Source of the DNA: a candidate division WOR-3 bacterium
GTDB lineage: Bacteria > Hydrothermota > Tepidihabitantia > Tepidihabitantales > Tepidihabitantaceae
Direction of reading: 5' to 3'
Length of the DNA: 64,000 nt
Assembly (NCBI GenBank): GCA_013177935.1
Contig: JABLXZ010000001.1
Location: 386,191 to 450,190, forward strand
The notes below the pieces were generated by a model. That model did no database searches. It saw only the letters and a program-made list of their open reading frames with translations, and had not been told where the DNA came from. This document shows, piece by piece, positions 40,928 to 50,581 of the stretch. Position 1 is the first letter of the stretch, and each line of letters begins with the position of its first letter. A program made the translations under genes and the position numbers.

Positions 40928-41661
40928 CGGGAAAACATCAGGCTTGCAACAATGAAATCAAAAAAGAGGATTAAAATCCCGGACACCACCACCGCTCTTG
41001 TCGTTGCTTTACCCACCTCCTGAGCACCGCCTTCGGCATTAAACCCAAAATAACAACCACAGGTACCAATAAACAGCCCGAAAATAATTGCTTTGATTAC
41101 CCCGCCAACAAAATCTCGCACCTGGACGAAATGAGTTAAACCATAAACAAATGTCTCCTGTGCCACTCCCACCCAGTTTGCAACAATAACCGCAGTAAAT
41201 GATGCGAGTACTTCCATTATTACCACAAGGATAGGCAAACAGATTGTCGCCGCAACAATCCGCGGCAAACAAAGAAACCGGTAAGGGTCAATACCCATAA
41301 CCCGCAATGCATCAATCTGGTCTGAATTACGCATCGCGCCAATTTCCGCTGCCATCGCTGGCGCCGAACGGCTGGCGAAGATAAATGCCGAAAAAACCGG
41401 ACCGAGTTCGATGAGCAACATCCTACCGACCCCCATACCGATAAAATAACGCGGTACAACCCCTAAAAGTTGATAACTGGTCTGCACCGCGGTAGTTAAA
41501 CCGACAAATACACTTGCCAGCGCCACTATTGGCACCGCACCGACCCCAAAATGGTATATCTGTTCAGCAACCCGGGGTAATGTGTGTCTTAAATCCCACG
41601 GTAATGTCAAACTCCGCCCGAGAAAAATTATGAAATCAAAAGCACCGGTAAACGCCCTCAT
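40924..41661 (-). CDS. mlaE: Mla-type ABC permease
   Basis: ELGP, AEIGAM...QIDAL..MG..P, VGKATT.AVV. Confidence 0.9.
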   Translation of the reverse strand: MRAFTGAFDFIIFLGRSLTLPWDLRHTLPRVAEQIYHFGVGAVPIVALASVFVGLTTAVQTSYQLLGVVPRYFIGMGVGRMLLIELGPVFSAFIFASRSAPAMAAEIGAMRNSDQIDALRVMGIDPYRFLCLPRIVAATICLPILVVIMEVLASFTAVIVANWVGVAQETFVYGLTHFVQVRDFVGGVIKAIIFGLFIGTCGCYFGFNAEGGAQEVGKATTRAVVVSGILILFFDFIVASLMFSR

Positions 41662-41667
41662 AGAAAA

Positions 41668-41695
41668 ATATTATTGTTAACCGGCACCCTGTCAA
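41668..41695 (-). promoter_or_regulatory. Promoter for a probably leaderless mlaE transcript
   Basis: TTGACA(41695-41690)-N16-TAATAT(41673-41668), then 6 nt to the ATG; no SD. Confidence 0.75.
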
Positions 41696-41739
41696 TTCAC
41701 AGATTAACCCAGAGAGTTTACGCTGGTTGTCAGCAAACT

Positions 41740-43341
41740 CTACAAATCTTTCCTTCGGGCACGCCACCGTTTAACAATGCGCTCGAGGTCTGGGTTTTGC
41801 ATCCCTTCCTGCCACCAGCGCGCAAACTCAACGTCACCACTCATCGGTTTCGGATTCGGCAAGTCAACCATCATGCGCGTCGGCATCGCTACCGCCTCAC
41901 CCAGAATTAACGCTTCACCAGTTCGTAATGCCGGCAGCATATTCATCAAACCCGCCAGTGAATCGGGTACCAACCGGCGCACATAGTTCTGGTCATCCGG
42001 ATTGGTAAGCCGCATCGCAATAAATGTGTTACACTGCGAAAGAACCGTTTCCGAAAGCTCTTTAGGACGCTGACTGACGACAATCATACCGATGCCGTAC
42101 TTTCGCCCTTCCTTCGTAATTCGTTCTACCGCGCCTCTTGCTGCGGTAAACCGGCCATCGCTTCGACTGGGTACATAGTTGTGCGCCTCTTCCAGAACCA
42201 AAAGTATCGGGAACCGTTCCCGTTCTGGATTCCAGAGGTTGAATTCAAAAACCATCCGGGCAACCACCGCCACCACAACCCCAATCGCCTCGGAAGGAAC
42301 ACCACTTAAATCTATGACCGTCATCTGATGCGGCGCATTTATTGAAAGGTAGTTCTGGAGCAGTTCAATAAAACTGGCGCTGCTCGTATAAGTCCGGGGC
42401 TTGAACATAAAGTTGTACCTCGGGTCAGACAGTTTGCTGTCCAGACGAATGAGGAATTTATCAAAAACGCCATAGAGTGGACCTTCTTCCTGTTCACCCT
42501 GGGCATTGTAAACCATCTGGATGTTCCAATCCCGGAGCATGGAAATCATATCATCAAGGTCAAAATACACCGGTGAATCCGCGGTTATTGAAGAACCCAA
42601 CCCTAACCGTTCTCGTGTATCCCATGCCTGTCGCGCCCGCATTAATGAGTCGCGCAAAACAATAATCTGGTTTTTCGCGGTTGGTTCGCTCAAATCAACC
42701 GTCAGGTCAACAAACTCTTCAAAATTTAAGAGCCAGTAGGGCAACTCAACATTTTCCGCCTGAATAAGGTTTACCTGTTCGGGAAATGCTGCCGCGTACT
42801 CACCATGCAGGTCCAGCACAACGATATGGGTATTGCGATACTTCTTAATCGCCTCCTGGAGAATACTCACCACGGTACAGGATTTACCACAACCCGTTGT
42901 CCCCAGTACCGCAATATGCTGTCCAAAGAACTTATCAACATTGATGTAAACCCGCTGACTCTCCGCGCCGCTGGGCTTGCCAAACGAAAACCCGTACTCA
43001 ATAAACTCAGAAAAAATGTCATCCAGTTCACTGTCATCCACCATCTGAACCCGTTGTCCAACATTGGGATAAACCGAAATACCCCGGACGAATTTCTTGT
43101 TTTTTCCCAGGGTGCCGAGTAAAACACAATCCGCCACCTTCCTTCCTGACTTCCCATTTTCCATTTTAATACTGGAAACCAGCCCGATGACACGATAATC
43201 CTGAAAAGAGATTTTAACATAGGAACCAGGTTGCCCCGGGTAATAACCATTACTCAACGGTACAGTGGTATCAACCGTCAAATCAACCAGTGCCCGTTCA
43301 CCATTGACTTCCGTAACATACCCAATATCAACCTGCCCCAT
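41740..43341 (-). CDS. HerA/FtsK-superfamily ATPase (HAS barrel plus DUF87)
   Basis: HIAVLGTTGCGKS, LDLHGEY, LEEAHNY, KEGRKYG, SQRP, SQCNT, N..DQ. Confidence 0.9.
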   Translation of the reverse strand: MGQVDIGYVTEVNGERALVDLTVDTTVPLSNGYYPGQPGSYVKISFQDYRVIGLVSSIKMENGKSGRKVADCVLLGTLGKNKKFVRGISVYPNVGQRVQMVDDSELDDIFSEFIEYGFSFGKPSGAESQRVYINVDKFFGQHIAVLGTTGCGKSCTVVSILQEAIKKYRNTHIVVLDLHGEYAAAFPEQVNLIQAENVELPYWLLNFEEFVDLTVDLSEPTAKNQIIVLRDSLMRARQAWDTRERLGLGSSITADSPVYFDLDDMISMLRDWNIQMVYNAQGEQEEGPLYGVFDKFLIRLDSKLSDPRYNFMFKPRTYTSSASFIELLQNYLSINAPHQMTVIDLSGVPSEAIGVVVAVVARMVFEFNLWNPERERFPILLVLEEAHNYVPSRSDGRFTAARGAVERITKEGRKYGIGMIVVSQRPKELSETVLSQCNTFIAMRLTNPDDQNYVRRLVPDSLAGLMNMLPALRTGEALILGEAVAMPTRMMVDLPNPKPMSGDVEFARWWQEGMQNPDLERIVKRWRARRKDL

Positions 43342-43420
43342 TACTTCCTCCTTTCAATCCTCTTATAAATAATTATATCAAAATTAAACACCCAGGTAAA
43401 ACTAAGAGTGAAATTACTTA

Positions 43421-44098
43421 TTAGCTGCCTCTCTTTTGCTTTTTACCCCGCGCCACTAATGCCCGATTCAACCAATCCAGCCACTGGTCAACACCTTCTC
43501 CGGTACGCAACGAAATGGTCAGAATCGGCACCCGGGGCTTTAACTTTCGCACCGCCCGCTTGAAGTCGTCGAGCCGGAAATCAACATAAGGCAGGAGGTC
43601 AATTTTGTTGACAATCACAACATCAGATTTTGAAAACATCAAGGGATATTTAATCGGTTTGTCGCTACCTTCTGGTGTTGAGACTATGGTGACATTGTAA
43701 TGGGCGGGCAACCGAAACTCTGCCGGACAAACAAGGTTGCCGACATTCTCAATGATTAAGAGGTCAATATTCTTCAAATCAAGCAAGGGGAAAACCGATG
43801 CCAGCATCAAACCATCAAGATGACAAGCACCCTGCGTATTAATCTGTGTACAACCCACACCTTGCGCAATTACCCGACGGGCATCAAGGTCACCCTGAAT
43901 ATCGCCTTCAATGACCCAGATGCGCCAGCGGTCCTTCAACGCCGCTACGGTCTTTTCCACTAAACTGGTTTTACCCGCTCCCGGTCCAGACATAATGTTT
44001 ATTCCCAAAACCCCATAGTTATTTAACTGATTAAGCTGTTCTTCTGCCAGCGCATCGTTACTTGCCAATACCCGGCGCATCAATTTTAACTCTTTCAT
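43421..44098 (-). CDS. hypB: Hydrogenase nickel-insertion GTPase
   Basis: SGPGAGKT, IEGD, ACHLD, ENVGNLVCPA, EG.DKP.KYP, NKID. Start 44098 overlaps the purA stop (ATGA). Confidence 0.93.
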   Translation of the reverse strand: MKELKLMRRVLASNDALAEEQLNQLNNYGVLGINIMSGPGAGKTSLVEKTVAALKDRWRIWVIEGDIQGDLDARRVIAQGVGCTQINTQGACHLDGLMLASVFPLLDLKNIDLLIIENVGNLVCPAEFRLPAHYNVTIVSTPEGSDKPIKYPLMFSKSDVVIVNKIDLLPYVDFRLDDFKRAVRKLKPRVPILTISLRTGEGVDQWLDWLNRALVARGKKQKRGS

Positions 44099-45408
44099 TC
44101 TCCCCTCCCAAAATTTTTCAGCCACCTTAATCTCCTAATATTTACCGGAACAATCGCCCTTCGTTCACTTCCCACTGAAACCAGCGCCACTGGACAATTT
44201 ACCAGTTCTGCGATTTTTTCAATGTATCGTTTGGCTTGAATGGGTAATGACCTGTAAGTTCGGCAATTAGTGGTTTTCTCCCGCCATCCGGGCAAAGCTA
44301 TAAACTCCGGCTGTAGGTCTGTCGCTAAAAATGGGTCAAATTCCAAAATCCTCTTCCCCTGATAACGATAACCAACGCACACCTTTATTTCACTAAGCGA
44401 ATCCAGAACATCAAGTTTCGTCAGAACCAACGCGGTAAGACGGTTGTAACGAACTGCGGCTCGAACCACCCCGGCATCAAACCAACCACATCTCCGTGGT
44501 CTTCCGGTTGTTGCCCCATATTCGCCCCCCAGTTCACGCAGTAGCGCCGCCTCATTCGCCTCCAGTTCAGACGGAAATGGTCCGGCACCTACCCGTGTTG
44601 TGTATGCCTTTGCCACACCCACCGCTTCCTCCAGCCACAATGGACTTATCCCGCTGCCCGTTGCCGCACCTGCCACCACAGTGGAAGATGTCGTAACAAA
44701 AGGATAACTACCCAGGTCAATGTCCAGATGAGTTCCCTGAGCACCTTCAAACAGAATCCGTTTATCAGTTCTAAGGGCGCGTTCAAGTACCACTGTTCCA
44801 TCTCCTACCATCGCCGCGAGGTTTCTGGTCAATGTCCATAGCTCCTGACCCAGTTCCTTAAAAGAAATCGGTTCTGCCCGGTACAACTCCATCAAGCGAA
44901 AATTTGCCGCCGCCACATTCCTGCGTAACTTGTCCATAAACAAGTCCTCGTTCAATAAGTCACCGGCTCTAATACCAACCCGGGCATATTTGTCTTGATA
45001 TGCCGGACCAATACCCTGACCGGTCGTGCCTATCTTTTTCTCTGCCAGCTGCTCCTCCTGCAAACGGTCCAGTGCCTTGTGATAAGGAAAGATTATATGA
45101 GCCCGACGGTCAATGAGCAAACGTTTGGTTACATCTTTTCCATTTTTCTTCAGTAATGTCAGTTCATCTTCGAGGCGATAAGGGTCAACAACACAACCGC
45201 AACCAATAATCCCCTTGATACGCGGTTGTAATAGACCGGACGGAACCTGATGAAAAGTAAGTTTATACCTACCCCAGCAAACCGTGTGTCCAGCATTCGG
45301 TCCCCCTTGAAAACGAACAACAATCTGGGCACCCTGCGCCAGAAAGTCAACTATCTTGCCCTTACCTTCATCACCCCACTGGGTTCCGATTACTACCAGG
45401 TTAGGCAC
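44095..45408 (-). CDS. purA: Adenylosuccinate synthetase
   Basis: QWGDEGKGK, GG.NAGHT, EGAQG, TTGRPRRCGWFD, TKLDVL. Confidence 0.97.
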   Translation of the reverse strand: MPNLVVIGTQWGDEGKGKIVDFLAQGAQIVVRFQGGPNAGHTVCWGRYKLTFHQVPSGLLQPRIKGIIGCGCVVDPYRLEDELTLLKKNGKDVTKRLLIDRRAHIIFPYHKALDRLQEEQLAEKKIGTTGQGIGPAYQDKYARVGIRAGDLLNEDLFMDKLRRNVAAANFRLMELYRAEPISFKELGQELWTLTRNLAAMVGDGTVVLERALRTDKRILFEGAQGTHLDIDLGSYPFVTTSSTVVAGAATGSGISPLWLEEAVGVAKAYTTRVGAGPFPSELEANEAALLRELGGEYGATTGRPRRCGWFDAGVVRAAVRYNRLTALVLTKLDVLDSLSEIKVCVGYRYQGKRILEFDPFLATDLQPEFIALPGWREKTTNCRTYRSLPIQAKRYIEKIAELVNCPVALVSVGSERRAIVPVNIRRLRWLKNFGRGE

Positions 45409-45422
45409 AATTCCCTTGTTGT

Positions 45423-46547
45423 TTAAAACTGGTAGGAAAAGGAAAACTTGTAGTTAGTCGTAGGGAAGTCGTAGATGAACTGGTCAACACCGAGGTCAAA
45501 CTGAAATCGCTGAAATTCAATGCCGCCGCCGACAGTAAATCCTAAGGATTTGAACTTACCCAGACCACGCCGGGTAATGACATCCCAGAAACTGTAGTGG
45601 TAGGTGCCCTGCCCTTCGCGCTCGAACACAACCCCACCTCTTTGACCGGTGATGTCTTCAAAATAACCGGCGCGCAGAAAACCGGCGACCGGTCCGAAGC
45701 GCGCTCCGGCTTCAACACCGAGACTCTTCCAGGCATCACGCCATTCGCTGGAGAGCTGCTGGCTGAAAGGTTTTGTGGAATCGGAAAACGCACCAACCAG
45801 AATCTTGGAAATTTCCGGCGTAATGCAGAGAGAAAAGATTTCATGTTTTAAGGGGTAATATGCTAAACCCACCCGTAGCATCCGCGGCAACGGGTCCGAT
45901 TCACCAGAAGAGGTGTAAGAGATATTCGGACCAAGGTTTGCCACCGCCAATCCCACAGAGAGAAAGTCAAACGGTTTGTAAAGGGCACCAGCATCAAACG
46001 CCCAGGTAATGCCGGTTCCGCCTTGCTCAATGCCCAGTTCGGGCATGGCTTTCCATACCCAATCAGGAACCAAAAAAGAGTAGATTAGCTTGGCAGACAA
46101 TCCCACACCTAAATTGGGCAAAACCGGAAACCCATATGCCAGGGTCGGTGCCAAATCAAAAGTTGTGTATCGACCAAGAAAATCACCCCGCTCGTTTATT
46201 ACATCGGTTTCGCCCGTTGTAAGATAAATAATATTCAAACCCGCAGTTCCCCGTTCCTGAAGACTGTGCGCCATACCGAGATACTCATAATACATCCCGG
46301 GCCAGAGTCCAGGCAACCAGTTGCAGTGCATCAATGTTGCATTTGTTCCCTTAAGGAATGCCAACCCACCCGGGTTATAATAAACACTTGAGGCGTCATC
46401 GCTGATTGCAGTAAAGGCGCCGGCAAGTGAGGTGGGCCGCGCGGCGGGCCAAATCATTAAAAATACCGCACCGGGATTCTGACTGGCATAGAGTCCTATC
46501 GGGCTGACACTGAGGACCAATACCAGCCAGATAATTCTTCGTTTCAT
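45423..46547 (-). CDS. porV: PorV-family outer-membrane beta-barrel
   Basis: FL.I.P.AR...L.GAF.AI.DDA...YYNP.GL; N.GP...Y....DPLP..LR.G; terminal Phe; adjacent to a PorU-like gene. Confidence 0.8.
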   Translation of the reverse strand: MKRRIIWLVLVLSVSPIGLYASQNPGAVFLMIWPAARPTSLAGAFTAISDDASSVYYNPGGLAFLKGTNATLMHCNWLPGLWPGMYYEYLGMAHSLQERGTAGLNIIYLTTGETDVINERGDFLGRYTTFDLAPTLAYGFPVLPNLGVGLSAKLIYSFLVPDWVWKAMPELGIEQGGTGITWAFDAGALYKPFDFLSVGLAVANLGPNISYTSSGESDPLPRMLRVGLAYYPLKHEIFSLCITPEISKILVGAFSDSTKPFSQQLSSEWRDAWKSLGVEAGARFGPVAGFLRAGYFEDITGQRGGVVFEREGQGTYHYSFWDVITRRGLGKFKSLGFTVGGGIEFQRFQFDLGVDQFIYDFPTTNYKFSFSYQF

Positions 46548-46610
46548 TGCAATACCTCCTTAAACATAACTACATTAAAAGTATAAATAGTTACCTGCTA
46601 TGGTCAACAA

Positions 46611-49600
46611 TTACCGCACAATAAGAAACTTATCGCGTACCGTTACACTCTCCCCTTTCCCATCAAGATAAAAACTTTTTGCCCGCAGACTAAATAGGTA
46701 AACCCCATTGGGCAAAAGATAACCATTTTCGTCTCTTCCATCCCAAGCAATCTGGTTGTAACCAAAACTAACCGCAAAATCTCCCAGATTACGAACCAAC
46801 CTGCCGTTTAGTGTATATATCCGGATTTGAACTGTTCCTGGTTGACTTGCCACGAACCCAAACACCGCACCGTTTTTTACCGGATTGGGGTAAACAGCGA
46901 CCGAATCAATTCGAAGAGTCGTGGCAAAAAGCGGCTTCAGGATTAGTTTTGCTATTGTCCGGTTAAGAAAGTTGTCGGCAACAACCACGAATAAAGTCTC
47001 AGTTGCTTTGCTTAAACTCAACTCAATATGCGCACGAGCCGTAGTATAAGAACTGTCGTCAAATTCGAACCGGTCACTTATATCAACAGCCGATTGTGTT
47101 CGATTAAGATAAAAGTGAGGCGCCATACCGGGAACCGGGGCAATCAAAATCCCCGATTGGTCCTGGGCAATAATATCAAGTTGTAAATTTGCTGGTACAG
47201 CAGCACTGTCCTGTAACTGACGTCCCCGATAAGAGAAATCAATCTCGGGTCCATTATAATCACCCCGGTTCGATATACTGTCATAAAATGGAATGTTATA
47301 TTTAACCAAGCCAAGATTAACCGATTCGCTTCTGACTTGAGCGCTGTACCGACACGAATTGGCAAGCGGTGCATAATAGCCATTACCGGCAAAAACGGTG
47401 TCGAGCGGAATACCAGCCGGGAAAATGCCTTCACAGTAAAATCTACCATCTTTTACTCGGAAAGTCCCCCTTGCCAGTTCCGGCCCAGAAAGAAAGTAGT
47501 TTACAACCCCCACTGGTGATTCATAGTACCGGTGCCGCAATGGACCAAAAAGCCGCCATTCAGCATCAGCATCGGTTAATTCAACAATCGTCCGAGCCCG
47601 AAACACTTTACCAGGGTGCAGTGTTTCTGGGGAAATATGCAAATTCTGAGTGGACATCGTAGGCAGTTTGAGGACCGTTGCCGGGTCGCCAAAGAGATGA
47701 TAACTCCGGTCAGTTACCCAGGCTTTAAAGAAACAGTAGCCTATAGTCCTTATGCTTTCGGGCGGAAAAAACAGTGGTGTCAATAGATTGCGAGCAAAGA
47801 CAAGATTGTTTCCGGAAGGTGTCGCGGTTGACGCCGCAACCGTTGCCACCGTCCCGCCGTTCATTCGAACCAGCTCTTCGGCAATGCATTCGGACCGCGT
47901 ATCATCAAATCTCCCAACCGAACAACTACCCAGAAAACAGAACGGAACTCGATTTTGATTGTCGATGTCCGAAACGCGGGTTACAGTGAAAACCTCTTCA
48001 TGCGTAAGCGAGTAAGGTGAACCATGACCGAAAAATACCCAGATTAACGCCCCAATGTTCAACTGGCGGATAAGTTCGTTGTTTGCCTGGGGTTTACTTT
48101 TGGGACCAAGAAATGGAAATTCTGTAAGATACACCTTTACCGGGTCCAGCCGATTTTCCGCCAGTGCTGCTATACCTTCGCACTGCTCAATATGTCGGAA
48201 GCGTAGTTCGTCGGGCCGGTCCGGATAACGCTGATACTCGTCATCAGCCATTAAAAGAAATCTTCTTGTCCAGTATCCATTACTCCTGATTTCATACTGC
48301 ACCAATTTGTCAACAAATTGCCTGAATTCACCCTCACTTCTTGCACACACCCGACCGAGAATGATATCCGGGCTCCCACCTTCGCCCTCTAAATCGGCAT
48401 ACCAAACATCCTGCGCCAGCGCGCTGCGGTCACCGGCATCAGGCACAAGCCCGAATCCAAACTCATAAGCAGGAACACCCGGCGGCTGGACTCTGTTAAG
48501 GTTGTTTTTATAATCATATGTCCCATCACCAACTAAAAGGGCATAAACCGGACGTTTAATCCGAAAGAAGCGTTTGATTGCTCCGGGCTCCTCCAGACCA
48601 AAACCAAAGTCGTCGTAAATTTCCTGAAGATTAACCACCCGAACCCGGGCATTGGGAATACCGGCAATTCGATTGGAACGAAACCGCGCCAGTTCCTGCG
48701 CCGATTGCATTAATTCTGACGGCGTTACTATCCAGTAATCAGCCAGAAATGTTTCACTCCATAGAAAACCGGGAGTTTTCAGTTCCATAGCCTTGGGTTT
48801 CAAAAACTGCTCCGGGGTCGCAACAACAAATTCGGTCCATCCCAGCAACCGTCGGCTGAACACCACACTGTCACCCCGTTTTTCCAATCCTAAACACACC
48901 GCCGGGACGTAAGGGTCAGTTACATCAAAAACTACCGGCACCGTGCTCGCATCCTGAATTAAAAATCGGCAGTCACCAACCGTATCAACAAAAAAGTTGC
49001 ACGGACCGGCAAACAGCGACAATCGACAAAAATATTTGACCTCAAGGTAGTCAAGATAAACTTTCTTTTCACCGCTGCCGCGCAGTTCAATTGCTAATTG
49101 ATTATCCCGAAAAGGCACCGGTCCAATCGAGTCAATAGAGAAATCGTAGGGGCTCGGGTAAGAACTGGAACCAAACTGAAAATTCCCAATTGCCCTGCCG
49201 TTTAAGCGAATGGTTATCTCATTACCCGCTGATGCACTGTAAAGCCGCCCGGAAATCTCCTCAATCTGTATCGGATAGTTAAGACCAAGAGCGCAGGTGA
49301 ATCGGGCAACCGAAACATCCGCCGCTTTGAATATCTTTGCCCAGACCCACATTAATCCAGCTCGGGCTGGACACTCCAGGTCAAGCTCTTGATGAAGCAT
49401 AACCCCGCCGGATTGTAAAATCGGCGTTCCTGTGGTATCAGGCCCAAAACCGCGACGCATCCTCTTCCCTGAACCACTCCAGGTTAGCCAGTAAACATTA
49501 TCCCTAATGTACAAATTTTTCACCCAGACCGAACATTTGTTAACCCAGTGGTCCGGTGCCAATCCATAAAAGAGTATCGTATCGTGAAGGTCAAACCTTC

Positions 49601-50456
49601 CGTCATCATCACCGGTAACGAAAATTGCCACTGGTTGCAAAGAATCAGGATAAGGACCATTAGGTTCGTGTTCCCCAACTGTCCAAAGGGCAAGCGCCTG
49701 CGGGTCTAAACCATTTATCGGCACACCAGCCCGAGCAAGCTCGGCACCAGTAATTCGGTAAATGCCCGTGGTACCGACTTTAATTTTCAACCATTGACGA
49801 GCACGTTGGTAAGGGTTGTTGGTAAGACGACTTGATTTCAACTTCCAATTCAACGCCTCTTCGCCATTCAGAAGCATTCCGCCAATAAGTCCATCAAGCG
49901 GGTCAGGAAGAGAATTGACCTCGGGGACCGCCTGGAACTTTACCACCACCTTAATCTCATCAAACCAGACCAATTTTCTTTTCACGGGCTGATACTGAGC
50001 CGGATAAATCTTCAAAGTTATAAACCGCACATCGCGTAGCACCTCAATCTGCCCAATCTCTACAACCGAATCTGGATACACTGCAGGGCTATCTTCTTCC
50101 CCAGCGCGCCAGACCGAATCGGCTTCAAATAGAACATAAGGAACCCGCCTAAGGGTAAAATTTTCTTTTACACCGCCCGTCTTTGCGTTGAATTCTACCC
50201 TTACACCGCCGCGCTGGGGCAAACCGATGCGCACAACCTTTGCCGGCAGGTCATAACTGCCAAGAGATGCGATAGGCTCGGCGTCAGGAAACTCAATCCG
50301 GCCCCAATTACCATCTTCGTTTTGCACCAGTTCCCCGGGTCGATAAACAAACGAAACCCCGTGCTCGTCGGAACTTAGAATCTGAATGTCCGCTTTAAGA
50401 CTGACCGGGAACAAAATCAGTAAAAACCATATTGTTCTAAAATAGAAGCGCACCAA
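46611..50456 (-). CDS. porU: PorU-like C25 (gingipain-family) cysteine protease/sortase with C-terminal sorting domain
   Basis: LLVGDGTYDYK, IILGR, catalytic FFGHG and SC.VGRFD, YHLFGDP, D..GP.I; tail YPNP...IYTLNGRLV...WDGRD...NGVY. Start is probably TTG 50456 or GTG 50453. Confidence 0.8.
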   Translation of the reverse strand: MVRFYFRTIWFLLILFPVSLKADIQILSSDEHGVSFVYRPGELVQNEDGNWGRIEFPDAEPIASLGSYDLPAKVVRIGLPQRGGVRVEFNAKTGGVKENFTLRRVPYVLFEADSVWRAGEEDSPAVYPDSVVEIGQIEVLRDVRFITLKIYPAQYQPVKRKLVWFDEIKVVVKFQAVPEVNSLPDPLDGLIGGMLLNGEEALNWKLKSSRLTNNPYQRARQWLKIKVGTTGIYRITGAELARAGVPINGLDPQALALWTVGEHEPNGPYPDSLQPVAIFVTGDDDGRFDLHDTILFYGLAPDHWVNKCSVWVKNLYIRDNVYWLTWSGSGKRMRRGFGPDTTGTPILQSGGVMLHQELDLECPARAGLMWVWAKIFKAADVSVARFTCALGLNYPIQIEEISGRLYSASAGNEITIRLNGRAIGNFQFGSSSYPSPYDFSIDSIGPVPFRDNQLAIELRGSGEKKVYLDYLEVKYFCRLSLFAGPCNFFVDTVGDCRFLIQDASTVPVVFDVTDPYVPAVCLGLEKRGDSVVFSRRLLGWTEFVVATPEQFLKPKAMELKTPGFLWSETFLADYWIVTPSELMQSAQELARFRSNRIAGIPNARVRVVNLQEIYDDFGFGLEEPGAIKRFFRIKRPVYALLVGDGTYDYKNNLNRVQPPGVPAYEFGFGLVPDAGDRSALAQDVWYADLEGEGGSPDIILGRVCARSEGEFRQFVDKLVQYEIRSNGYWTRRFLLMADDEYQRYPDRPDELRFRHIEQCEGIAALAENRLDPVKVYLTEFPFLGPKSKPQANNELIRQLNIGALIWVFFGHGSPYSLTHEEVFTVTRVSDIDNQNRVPFCFLGSCSVGRFDDTRSECIAEELVRMNGGTVATVAASTATPSGNNLVFARNLLTPLFFPPESIRTIGYCFFKAWVTDRSYHLFGDPATVLKLPTMSTQNLHISPETLHPGKVFRARTIVELTDADAEWRLFGPLRHRYYESPVGVVNYFLSGPELARGTFRVKDGRFYCEGIFPAGIPLDTVFAGNGYYAPLANSCRYSAQVRSESVNLGLVKYNIPFYDSISNRGDYNGPEIDFSYRGRQLQDSAAVPANLQLDIIAQDQSGILIAPVPGMAPHFYLNRTQSAVDISDRFEFDDSSYTTARAHIELSLSKATETLFVVVADNFLNRTIAKLILKPLFATTLRIDSVAVYPNPVKNGAVFGFVASQPGTVQIRIYTLNGRLVRNLGDFAVSFGYNQIAWDGRDENGYLLPNGVYLFSLRAKSFYLDGKGESVTVRDKFLIVR

Positions 50457-50581
50457 TGTAAAGTAGTTTATTTCAATATGACAACAAGTCAATTTTAAGA
50501 GCCCTCTCTGGTTCTATAACGACAATTGCGCTATAAACCCTTCTTGACTCATTTAATTGAAACTCTATACTCATTTTGCAA

